From Chrysemys picta bellii (Eukaryota), in the NCBI RefSeq assembly GCF_011386835.1, contig NC_088797.1, positions 102,424,001 through 102,488,000 on the forward strand: a stretch of DNA of 64,000 nt, read 5' to 3'. Within the stretch, counting starts at the first letter, position 1; each line of letters starts with the position of its first letter. The position numbers were made by a program, and so were the translations under genes. Below, in pieces: positions 13,108-23,447 of the stretch. The notes under the pieces were generated by a model. That model made no database searches. It was not told the origin of the DNA and saw only the letters and a list, made by a program, of their open reading frames with translations.

Positions 13108-15660
13108 GCTCTCTTCTTGAAGGAGAGGTAAAGAAGATCTGTTGTTTGTTCCCTGAACAGGGAAGCCAGGTAAAACTGAAGTCAGTAACTACAAAGACGT
13201 GCCACATTAATGTACAGTACAGTTCTCTTCCCATAACTCATTGGTGAAAATAATAGGCTGTTCAATAATCTTGGACCTGTGCAGTATCCTGATTTGATAA
13301 AACCCTCCCCCTGCCACCACCGCAAATTTAGTTACTTTCTGTAACTTTTAACGTAAACAATCCTGGGTAAATAGAGCTGTAGTTAGAGAGAGGTTTAAAC
13401 CACAGAGATTGTCTCTTCACCAAAATTTGTGTGGGATTATCTGATCTAGAAGTCTGGTTAAGACCTATCTCTGGCATTACGATGTATCATTTGATCGTAT
13501 ATCTACACCATACTAATGTGAACACTAAATATCAAAAAGCAAAATCTGTATTTATGCCTTTAAATATTTAAAGCTTAACAAAACCTGCTGAAGTGAGTGA
13601 CTCCTAGTAACATCACTGGAGTTTGACTCTGTCCCCAAGAGTTTAACGAAATCTTGGAGTGAGGGAGGATGTATCCATGTGTGCTACTCAAAACAGGAAC
13701 AAAAAGGCTTCTTGGACAGACTCCAGAATAGCTCTCAAAATGGTGGGATAGCCAATATACATCAACATCATCTCATTTAATTTCCCAATTAAATGTTTTT
13801 ACTGTTGAGACTCATGAGTGGATCTCAAACTTATCTGAATATCAGAATCTCTCTGGCCCATTTATTAAGTTGAAAACCTCACAAAAGGCCCAGTTCTGCT
13901 GTATTGAAGTTAATGGCAAAATTGTATTAAGTGGTGCAATACTAAGGTTCATTTATGTCTAAAAAGAGGCTTCTGATATTTTCATGTTCCTGTGGAAATG
14001 CACATTCTACAAAAACAGCCTTTGTTGTAGTGTTTTCAATTGCAACCTAAACCAGAAAGTAGAATTCTGTGTTTATATGGAAATAAAAGAAATACTATTT
14101 TTTGAACTTACAAAAGCCTCTGTTCTAATTAAGGGCTTGTTCTTCCTATATCTAAACAGGTCATAAGTGATTCAGACTAGTGGGAACCCCAGAAATGAAA
14201 AGTTTAAAGCTAATATTCGGTATTCATCCTTCACTCTTGGACAAAATTTCTGCAACTCATGTACGCCCTGACCCAACAAAGCACATGAGTAGTCCCATTG
14301 ACTTCAGTTAAATTAGTCATGTGCTTAAAGTTAAGCACATGCTGAAATGTTTTGCTGGATCAACCCACAACTTATTGCCACACTATTTGGGTGTTGGTAA
14401 TATATGCCATCGTTTGGCATTTCCATGTAATACTAGTTAAACAGCAAAACAACAACAGAGTAAACATTAGTTTTAAATATCCTGGCTTCTGTGTGGCATT
14501 AATGCTATTTTAAATGCAATTTGTTTTCTCTTACCTTCCTTCCCAAAGATACAGTGAGTAGGTGAATATTCGTATCTGAATAGAAGAACTATTCCAAATA
14601 TACACTGAAGATAAAAGGCACAGCTGATATTTTTCATTTTGCTATGTCGTAATAGAAAAGATGCGTTAGACAAAAAAGTGTTGTTTAAGCAGCAGGATTC
14701 CTGACATTCCTCATATATGAATCTTGATGTTTCCCACATAGCTTCATTTGCCTGTTTTTGTTTTTAGAATATAACAGTGGTACAATTAAACAGTGCAGAA
14801 TCACTATACTAGCTATTGAATTACTTTATTTCAGTGTTTGTAAAGTGAATTAAATGCAGGAGCATTCATAAATTAAGAAGAGTTCTTGGTAATAACATCA
14901 TGTGCTCACACTTAAGTCTACATTTAAGCATGAATTTCTACTTATAAGGGCAAACAGAATTGCTGACATTTTAAAAAATATTGTAATTTGCATCACAGAA
15001 TTTCCAAAGCACTGCTGCGTAGCTTCACATTCAGTTTTAATCACTGAAGCAGAGAGAGAGTGCAAATGGGAGAAGGATGAAAATCAGCAGTGTTGATGGG
15101 AAGGGTGGTGAAAGGAAAAGAAAACAGTGAGGAGATGAAGTAGATAAATTAAAGGATGCAGAGATTAGAGGAAAAGCAAAAAATGTGGGGAAGGATTAGC
15201 AACATAATAAATTGGGGGTGTGAGATTGTGGGAAAACAAAAACCTACCTGTTTAATTTTTGGAATGCTATTTGCTTGGCATAATAAGAGGTGATTTATAT
15301 TACAGTGAGAGGGGTTTTTAAGGTAATGAAGCTCTACTGGTGCATTTTATTTGTCAGTATAAAAATATACATTCAGCTTGTGCATTAATATTGAATATGT
15401 AATTTTAACATAAATAGTCCAATATTCTTGTATTGCTATTTAGTAATGATTGTCTTCATGATAACTTGAATACATTAAGTAATATAACCTCAAAGTTTCT
15501 GAGCCAGTTGATAACTTGACATATTTTATTATACTTATTCTAGCTACAGTCTGGGAAAGAAGATACATTAAATATGGTATCTATTTTTGTCCTCTTAACT
15601 GATTTTAGTCCCTGATCCTGAAAAATTGTAAGCATATTATCGTGGGGTAGATACACATAT

Positions 15661-16074
15661 TGTCGTGGGGTGACTGGTCACATACAGTAGCAGGGAGCTT
15701 ATGCTACAACTGCTAAAGTCTTTCTGATGGCCCAGCCTCCCAGTACAGCAGTCCATGGGTCCTCTGGGTTTCAGGGGTCATCTCTAGCAAGGTCTGCAGT
15801 GACTCAGTCCCTTCCCAGGTCTCCACTGGCTGACTCATGTCTGCCTGGGGTTTGGTGTGCCTGGCCTCTGTGGACTGGGGCTCCTCTACTCCGTGGAGGG
15901 AGCTCGTAATATGCCTCCGTCCTCCTCCATGGACCAGCCCAACTGAGCTGGGCTGCTTCCCTTTATACCCTGTCTCCAGCATGCACAGCAGGGATGAAGG
16001 AGTGTGGCTTCCTTAGTCTGCAGTGCACAGTTAACCCCTGTGGAGCTAATGCAAAGTAGATACATCCTGTCACA
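15661..16074 (-). mobile_element. Solo LTR, same family as 48668-49310
   Basis: TG...CA termini with candidate 5-bp duplication CATAT/CATGT (4 of 5). The reverse complement shares GGGTTAACT..AGGAAGC..CATCCCT.CTG.GCATGCT..TATAA..GGAAGCAGCC with the 48.7-kb copy. Confidence 0.65.
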
Positions 16075-17484
16075 CATGTGCTTCACATTGTGAAGTAACA
16101 GTGAAACAAATGCATAAGTCTTTGACCAGGGCCTTTTATTGCAAATGTCCTGTATAGTAAAAGGAGAATGTAGGTCCAGCGGTCTAACTCTGATCTGGCA
16201 ATGGTGCCAGCCTCAATGTGCTATTGTCTGGTTCTCCAACACACCTTTGCACACCTCCCTCCATGATACGCCCCACACGTGGAATGTTCTTCCTGAGCTA
16301 GCTTTTGATGCCACTATGTTCTCCTTGTTCAAATCCCATCTCTACCATGACATCTCCTTGTTGTAAGATAATTGGGATGGAGGCCGGGACATTGTGTGCC
16401 AATAAAATCTGGTATTGTCAGGATTTATCCACTGCTACCTAGACAAATTAATTATTTGTTTCCTTGTCCTTAACCCTCCAGCTCCTCAGGCAGGGATAGT
16501 GTTTGTTATGTTTGGAAAGTACTTCTTCGCACCCTTGAAATTAATAAATAATACATACTGCTTTATTTCCACCAAAACCACTAAGACTGTTAATACAAAA
16601 TTCAAAACAACTGCACTCATGCACTGAACCCAAGTTATCCTATTCTGGTTTGCTTTTGTTTGTTGTTTTCTTTTTAATGAAGTGTGCTTGTCATTTTTGT
16701 CTTTTTAAATGTCTTGACCTTATAGGACCCTTTGTTAATTGCATAGGAAGCTTCATGCAAAATCTTGCATTATGATTATGTGACTATAAATCCCCATTGG
16801 CTGCCTTTCAATTGTATCTCTCACACTTGTTACAATATTAGGGTTCAGTCCTGCAGTACTTAAGCATGTGTAAACCCACAAAGGCGTCCTATGATGTCAA
16901 TGAGGTTGCTCATGAAAGTCATTCTATTCATGTCCCCTTTTGTGTGGCTGGTTTGGTCCCTTAGCCATTCTCACAGAACACTTACTGGATTCTTTTTTTT
17001 TTAATTTGAAGAGCTCATTACAGATGTTCCATTAAAGGGACATTAATGTGTTGCACTGATACAAGCATTTCATGGATGCTTGCTTGCTAAATGCACCAGT
17101 TCAGATTTTGCATTTCCCCAGGTTTCTGGGTATTCCAGTAAAGGAAGATTTAATAGATATCTTGAAGTGTCTATTTCAAACCAGGTAATAAAGCACATCT
17201 TTCAGACGGACACTATGCATCATTTGGATAAAATTATTGCTTATTCATATGTATATTATACTTCTCTCAATATTTTTCATGTCGAGTATCTGGTTCATGT
17301 ATCTTCCCTTCCCCCCTTCCTCCCAGCTGCAAAGATACCTTGGAGAAATAACCTCTGATGTTTGCTCAAGCTTCTTTATAAACTGAAGATACTTGGTAGA
17401 AAGAAATCTGTTTTAAAGTTCAGAATCTGATCAAAATAATGTTAGTGCTAGAGGGTACATCCTTCTAAAAGCTATTGTATTAGG

Positions 17485-19124
17485 TAGGGCTGTCACATGA
17501 TTAAAAAAAATCAATCGCACAATTAATCGCACTGTTAAACAATAATAGAATACCATCTATTTAAATATTTTTGATGTTTTCTGCATTTTCAAATATATTG
17601 ATTTCAATTACAACACAGAACACAGAATGTGAAGTGCTCACTTTGTATTTATTTTTGATTACAAGTATTTGTACTGTAAAAAACAAAAGAAATATTATTT
17701 GTAGTGCACCTAATACAAGTACTGTAGTGCAATCTCTTAATCATGAAAGTTGAACTTACAAATGTAGAATTATGTACAAAAAAACTGCACTCAAAAATAA
17801 AATAATATAAAATTTTAGAGCCTGCAAGTCCACCCAGTCTTACTACTTTTTTAGCCAATCACTCAGACAAACATGTTTGTTTACATTTGCAGGAGATAAT
17901 GCTGCCCACTTCTTGTTTACAATGTTACCTGAAAGTGAGAACAGGCATTCTCATGGCACTGTTGTAGCCGGCGTCGCAAGATATTTGTGTCCGATGGGCT
18001 AAAGATTCATCCTTTCATACTTCAGCCACCATTCCAGAGGATATGCATCCATGCTGATGATGGGTTCTGCTTGATAACAATCTAAAGCAGTGCGGATCCA
18101 CGCATGTTCATTTTCATCATCTGAGTCCAATGCCATCAGCAGAAGGTTGATTTTCTTTTTTTGCTGGTTCGGGTTCTGTAGTTTCCGCATCAGAGTGTTG
18201 CTCTTTTAAGACTTCTGAAAGCATGGTCTACACCTCACCCCCCTTAGATTTTGGAAGGCACTTCAGATTCTTAAACCTTGGGTCGAGTGCTATAGCTATC
18301 TTTAGAAATCTCACATTGGTACCTTCTTTGCATTTTATCAAATCTGCAGTGAAAGTTTTCTTAAAATGAACAACATGTGCTGGGTCATCATCTGAGACTG
18401 CTATAACATGAAATATATGGCAGAATGCGGGTAAAACAGAGCATGGTACATACAATTCTCCCCCAAGGAGTTCAGTCACAGATTTAATTAACATTTTATC
18501 TTTTTTTTTAAACGAGCATCACCAGCATAGAAGCGTGTCCAATGGAATGATGGCCGAAGCATGAAGGGGCATATGAATGTTTAGCATATCTGGCATGTAA
18601 ATATCTCGCATATGCCTGTTCTCACTTTCTGGTGACATTGTAAATAAGAAGCAGGCAGCATGATCTCCTGTAAATGTAAACAAACTTGTTTGTCTTAGAA
18701 ATTGACTAACAAGAAGTAGGACTGAGTGGACTTGTAGGCTCTGAAGTTTTACATTGTTTTGTTTTTGAGTGCAGTTATGTAACAAAAAAAAATCTATATT
18801 TTGTAAGTTGCACTTTCACGGCAAAGAGAATGTACTACAGTACTTGTATGAGGTGAACTGAAAAATACTATTACTTTCGTTTATAATTTTTATAGTGCAA
18901 ATATTTATAATCAAAAATAATATACACTTTGATTTAAATTGCAACTCAGAATACAATATAAAGGAAAATGTAGAAAAAATCCAAAATATTTAATAAATTT
19001 AAATCGGTATCCTATTGTTTAATAGTGCCATTAAAATGGTGATTAATCGCGATGAATTTTTTTAACCGCAGTTAATTTTTTTGAGTTAATCGCATGAGTT
19101 AATTGCAATTCATCGACTGCCCTA
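17485..19124. mobile_element. Non-autonomous hAT DNA transposon with ~580-600 bp inverted arms
   Basis: Termini TAGGGCTGTC / GACTGCCCTA and a degenerate 8-bp duplication GTATTAGG / GAATTAGA (6 of 8). About 17485-18060 is a diverged reverse complement of about 18517-19124. Confidence 0.9.
17843..18494 (-). pseudogene. C-terminal remnant of a hAT transposase, including the dimerization domain
   Basis: Minus-strand translation gives ALDPRFKNLKCL, YPLEWWLKYE and YLATPATTVP*ECLFSLSGNIVNKKWAALSPANVNKHVCLSDWL, which are hAT C-terminal dimerization motifs. Broken by stops and frameshifts. Confidence 0.9.
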
Positions 19125-19763
19125 GAATTAGACTGATTCCATAATATGTTGAATAAGGATCTTCAAGTTTCTTGCCCTACTATTATTTGCTACATCTTCA
19201 ATGCCTGCTTTAAATGTCAGGAGCAAGGTTAGTGTACGTGAAAATATTATTTTTGTAAGGAATAAACATAGATCTAGGTATTTCTTTATATTGTGCCCTA
19301 CTATATATGATTCAATTAAGAGAACCACTACATCCTCACCCTAGTTGGTCCATAAATAGTGTATTTTCACCTCTCTAGCCTTACCCAACTAAAAATACAT
19401 GTATCTATTATTGCTCTTACGTGTGTAAAATATATGAAAGGTTGCTAATGCTAAAACAGCCAATGCAATTGGGCAAAACAAATGCTCAACAAGTGTTTTA
19501 TTTGGAGGCATTTCCCAGAATGGTATTTCGTAGGTCAAAGGGATCTTTGTACATCCTCAGGTGACCTGAAAGTATCACTTTTATAGATCAATTGGGAGAT
19601 GGTGGAAATTCCTCTCTCAATCCATCCCTTGCACAGCACCTTGTTTCCCAATAAGTGCAGGTTTCTCTCTAATATAGTCTTCATGGATGGGATGGTAACA
19701 TGTGAATCTGAAAACTTTAGCTAGACCAGTCCCATCTTCATGTAATTTATTCAACTAACGTAC

Positions 19764-19766
<3 letters not shown>

Positions 19767-19793
<27 letters not shown>
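19767..19793. repeat. Poly-T tract (27 nt)
   Basis: Read directly from the sequence. Confidence 0.95.
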
Positions 19794-19797
<4 letters not shown>

Positions 19798-19978
19798 TGA
19801 GAGCTCACAATATGAAATTAGATTGTTCACAAGGGCTCTGCACCTCGGAAGCCATAGAGTTCTCTGCAATGGAACTAGTATGTGGTTGCACAACCCCAGT
19901 TCAAATTCTCATTCCCTGTGGGCTCTCTGCATAGCAGGGGGCTGCGGGCACGGGGGTCAGCATATCAAATATCAGCAT

Positions 19979-20477
19979 AACACTTTAACCTGTCTGGTCA
20001 TTCAGTGACAGACCTGCGGGTGGCTATATTACAACAGAAAAACTTCAAAAACAGACTCCAACGAGAAACTGCTGAGCTAGAATTGATATGCAAACTAGAC
20101 ACAATCAACTCCGGTTTGAATAAAGACTGGGAATGGCTGAGCCATTACAAACATTGAATCTATCTCCCCTTGTAAGTATTCTCACACTTGTTATCTAACT
20201 GTCTGTACTGAGCTAGCTTGATTATCACTTCAAAAGTTTGTTTTCTCTTAATTAATTGGCCTCTCAGAGGTGGTAAGACAACTCCCACCTGTTTATGCTC
20301 TCTGTCTGTGTGTATATATATCTCCTCAATATATGTTCCATTCTATATGCATCCGAAGAAGTGGGCTGTAGTCCACGAAAGCTTATGCTCTAATAAATTT
20401 GTTAGCCTCTAAGGTGCCACAAGTCCTCCTGTTCTTCTTTTTGCGGATACAGACTAACACGGCTGCTACTCTGAAAC
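19979..20477 (+). repeat. 5' pseudo-LTR of the Penelope-like element
   Basis: Line-by-line comparison with 22949-23447 shows one mismatch (C20406 vs T23376). Confidence 0.97.
20349..20388 (+). ncRNA. Minimal type I hammerhead ribozyme motif, copy 1 (U4C core variant)
   Basis: GCAU (stem I 5') - CCGAAGA - extra A - GUGGGC/ugua/GUCCAC (stem II) - GAAA - GC - UU - AUGC (stem I 3'). Stem III is the loopless palindrome AGCU. Predicted cleavage after the CUU triplet at 20384/20385. Confidence 0.75.
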
Positions 20478-20485
20478 TTTTCATT

Positions 20486-21024
20486 ATGCAAGGCACTGCA
20501 TTTAGCCGTATGGAGTGGAAATCCATCAACCTCATGAAAAAACTCGTACAGATACAGACAGACATCATCTTCCTTTCCAAATGCAAGCAGATGGACATAT
20601 ACCAAAAGGACTAAAGGTAAAAAATCCATTACAATCTACATATCACACAGACTATGCTGAGAGACTGTGTCACACACTCTCAAAGAAACTGCGAAACCAC
20701 CTGATCAGCATCCTATACAGCAAACAGGGAAAGATTAAGAATGAGCTCTCAGAACTGGATACTCTCATAAGAAACCAACCTTCCACACAAACTTCCTCGT
20801 GAATAGACTTTACAAAAACTAGACAAGCCATTTACAAGACAAACTTTGCCTCTCTACAAAGGAAAAAGGACACTAAACTATCTAAACTGCTACATGCCAC
20901 AAGCAGCCACAACAGCAGTTCCCTTAACCCACCCAGCAATATTGTTAATCTTTCCAGTTATACTCTTAGCCCAGCAGAGGAGTCTGTCCTATCTCGGGGC
21001 CTCTCCTTTTGTCCCTCCAGACCC
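20486..21024 (+). pseudogene. Disrupted N-terminal part of the Penelope ORF
   Basis: ATG at 20486 (MQGTAFSRMEWKSINLMKKL...), a 1-nt deletion near 20597-20599, and TGA at 20800-20802. Positions 20803-21024 are open and in frame with the 21025 ORF. Repairing both lesions gives an ~880-aa ORF ending at 23127. Confidence 0.85.
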
Positions 21025-23127
21025 ATGAATATGATACAGTTCTGCGGTGACCTAGAATCCTACTTTCGACGTCTCCGACTCAAAGAATATTTCCAACATA
21101 CCTCTGAACAGCATACTAACCCACAGAATCCTCCCTACCAGCACTACAAAAAAAAGGATTCTGCGTGGACTCCTCCGGACGGTCGAAACAACAGACTGGA
21201 TTTCTACATAGATTGCTTCCGTCGACGTGCAAAGGCTGAAATTGTGGAAAAGCAACATCACTTGCCACATAACCTCAGCCATGCAGAACACAACGCCATC
21301 TACAGCCTCAGAAACAACCCTGACATCATAATCAAAAAGGCTGACAAAGGAGGTGCTGTCGTCATCATGAATAAATTGGAATATGACCAGGAGGCTGCTA
21401 GACAGCTCTCTAACACCACATTCTACAGGCCATTATCCTCTGATCCCACTGAGGATTACCTAAAGAAACTACACCATCTGCTAAAAAAACTCCCTGACAA
21501 AACACAGGAACAAATCTGTACAGACACATGCCTAGAACCCCGACCAGGGGTATTCTATTTGCTACCCAAGATCCATAAACCTGGATATCCTGGACGCCCC
21601 ATCATCTCAGGCATTGGCACCCTAACATCAGGCTTGTCTGGTTATGTAGACTCTCTCCTCAGACCCTACGCTACCAGCACTCCCAGCTATCTTCGAGACA
21701 CCACTGACTTCCTGAGGAAACTACAATCCATCGGTGATCTTCCAGAAAACACCATCCTGGCCACTATGGACGTAGAAGCCCTCTACACCAATATTCCACA
21801 CAAAGATGGACTACAAGCTATCAGGAACAGTATCCCTGATAATGTCACAGCTAACCTGGTGGCTGAACTTTGTGATTTTGTCCTCACCCACAACTATTTC
21901 ACATTTGGGGACAATATATACCTTCAAGTCAGCGGCACTGCTATGGGTACCCGCATGGCCCCACAATATGCCAACATTTTTATGGCTGACTTAGAACAAC
22001 GCTTCCTTAGCTCTCGTCCCCTAACGCCCCTACTCTACTTGCGCTACATTGATGACATCTTCATCATCTGGACCCATGGAAAAGAAGCCCTTGAGGAATT
22101 TCACCATGATTTCAATAATTTCCATCCCACCATCAACCTCAGCCTAGATCAATCCACACAAGCGGTCCATTTCCTGGACACTACTGTGCTAATAAGCGAT
22201 GGTCACATAAATACTACCCTATATCGGAAACCTACTGACCGCTACACTTACCTACATGCCTCCAGCTTCCATCCAGGACACACCACACGATCCATTGTCT
22301 ACAGCCAAGCCCTAAGATATAACCGCATTTGCTCCAATCCCTCGGATAGAGACAAGCACCTACAAGATCTCTATCAAGCATTCTTAAAACTACAATACCC
22401 ACCTGCTGAAGTGAAAAAACAGATTGACAGAGCCAGACGAGTACCCAGAAGTCACCTCCTACAAGACAGGCCCAACAAAGAAAATAACAGAACACCACTA
22501 GCTGTCACCTTCAGCCCCCAACTAAAACCTCTCCAGCGCATCATCAGAGATCTACAACCTATCCTGAAAGATGATCCTTTACTCTCACAGATCTTGGGAG
22601 ACAGACCTGTCCTCGCTTACAGACAACCCCCGAACCTAAAGCAAATACTCACCAGCAACCACACATCACTGAACAAAACCACTAACCCAGGAACCTATCC
22701 TTGTAACAAACCCCGATGCCAACTCTGTCCACATATCTATTCCAGTGACATCATCATAGGACCTAATCACATCAGCCATACCATCAGGGGCTCGTTCACC
22801 TGCACATCTACCAATGTGATATATGCCATCATGTGCCAGCAATGCCCCTCTGCCATGTACATTGGCCAAACCGGACAGTCTCTACGCAAAAGAATTAATG
22901 GACACAAATCTGACATCAGGAATCAAAATACTCAAAAACCAGTGGGAGAACACTTTAACCTGTCTGGTCATTCAGTGACAGACCTGCGGGTGGCTATATT
23001 ACAACAGAAAAACTTCAAAAACAGACTCCAACGAGAAACTGCTGAGCTAGAATTGATATGCAAACTAGACACAATCAACTCCGGTTTGAATAAAGACTGG
23101 GAATGGCTGAGCCATTACAAACATTGA
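21025..23127 (+). CDS. Penelope-like reverse transcriptase + GIY-YIG endonuclease (700-aa open portion)
   Basis: PLE RT motifs ADKGGAVV, LPKIHKPGYPGRPIIS, MDVEALYTNIP, GTAMGTRMAPQYANIFM, catalytic RYIDD, FLD and LYRKPT. Cys-rich linker CNKPRCQLC (Neptune-type). Nuclease VIYAIMCQQC...YIGQT...R...H...RETAE. Confidence 0.95.
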   Translation: MNMIQFCGDLESYFRRLRLKEYFQHTSEQHTNPQNPPYQHYKKKDSAWTPPDGRNNRLDFYIDCFRRRAKAEIVEKQHHLPHNLSHAEHNAIYSLRNNPDIIIKKADKGGAVVIMNKLEYDQEAARQLSNTTFYRPLSSDPTEDYLKKLHHLLKKLPDKTQEQICTDTCLEPRPGVFYLLPKIHKPGYPGRPIISGIGTLTSGLSGYVDSLLRPYATSTPSYLRDTTDFLRKLQSIGDLPENTILATMDVEALYTNIPHKDGLQAIRNSIPDNVTANLVAELCDFVLTHNYFTFGDNIYLQVSGTAMGTRMAPQYANIFMADLEQRFLSSRPLTPLLYLRYIDDIFIIWTHGKEALEEFHHDFNNFHPTINLSLDQSTQAVHFLDTTVLISDGHINTTLYRKPTDRYTYLHASSFHPGHTTRSIVYSQALRYNRICSNPSDRDKHLQDLYQAFLKLQYPPAEVKKQIDRARRVPRSHLLQDRPNKENNRTPLAVTFSPQLKPLQRIIRDLQPILKDDPLLSQILGDRPVLAYRQPPNLKQILTSNHTSLNKTTNPGTYPCNKPRCQLCPHIYSSDIIIGPNHISHTIRGSFTCTSTNVIYAIMCQQCPSAMYIGQTGQSLRKRINGHKSDIRNQNTQKPVGEHFNLSGHSVTDLRVAILQQKNFKNRLQRETAELELICKLDTINSGLNKDWEWLSHYKH

Positions 23128-23447
23128 ATCTATCTCCCCTTGTAAGTATTCTCACACTTGTTATCTAACTGTCTGTACTGAGCTAGCTTGATTATCACTT
23201 CAAAAGTTTGTTTTCTCTTAATTAATTGGCCTCTCAGAGGTGGTAAGACAACTCCCACCTGTTTATGCTCTCTGTCTGTGTGTATATATATCTCCTCAAT
23301 ATATGTTCCATTCTATATGCATCCGAAGAAGTGGGCTGTAGTCCACGAAAGCTTATGCTCTAATAAATTTGTTAGTCTCTAAGGTGCCACAAGTCCTCCT
23401 GTTCTTCTTTTTGCGGATACAGACTAACACGGCTGCTACTCTGAAAC
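22949..23447 (+). repeat. 3' pseudo-LTR of the Penelope-like element
   Basis: Direct repeat of 19979-20477. Contains the ORF stop, a hammerhead motif and AATAAA (23362-23367). Confidence 0.97.
23319..23358 (+). ncRNA. Minimal type I hammerhead ribozyme motif, copy 2
   Basis: Identical to 20349-20388. Predicted cleavage at 23354/23355. Confidence 0.75.

Larger units (their letters stand above)
19979..23447 (+). mobile_element. Penelope-like retroelement (Neptune-type), one unit flanked by direct pseudo-LTRs
   Basis: RT + GIY-YIG ORF. A 499-bp direct repeat at offset 2970 includes the 3' end of the ORF, the typical pLTR arrangement. Candidate duplication CATATCAA at 19961-19968 and 23447-23454, with 10 extra nt on the left. 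Confidence 0.97.

Noticed and set aside
19870-19920. AGTTCAAATTC resembling a Pol III B-box (tRNA or SINE head)
   Set aside because: No A-box at the right spacing, no cloverleaf and no SINE body or tail.
20218-20412. Identical 64-aa ORF occurring twice (also 23188-23382)
   Set aside because: A by-product of the pseudo-LTR duplication. It has a non-ATG start and no protein-like features, and it overlaps the RNA motif.
21052-22869. Short ORFs overlapping the Penelope RT frame on both strands
   Set aside because: Shadow ORFs of the real coding frame with no recognisable motifs.
19979-23447. Interpretation as an LTR retrotransposon because of the long direct repeats
   Set aside because: No TG...CA termini, primer-binding site, gag, RNase H or integrase. 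The repeat includes the ORF 3' end and the nuclease is GIY-YIG, so it is a Penelope pseudo-LTR.
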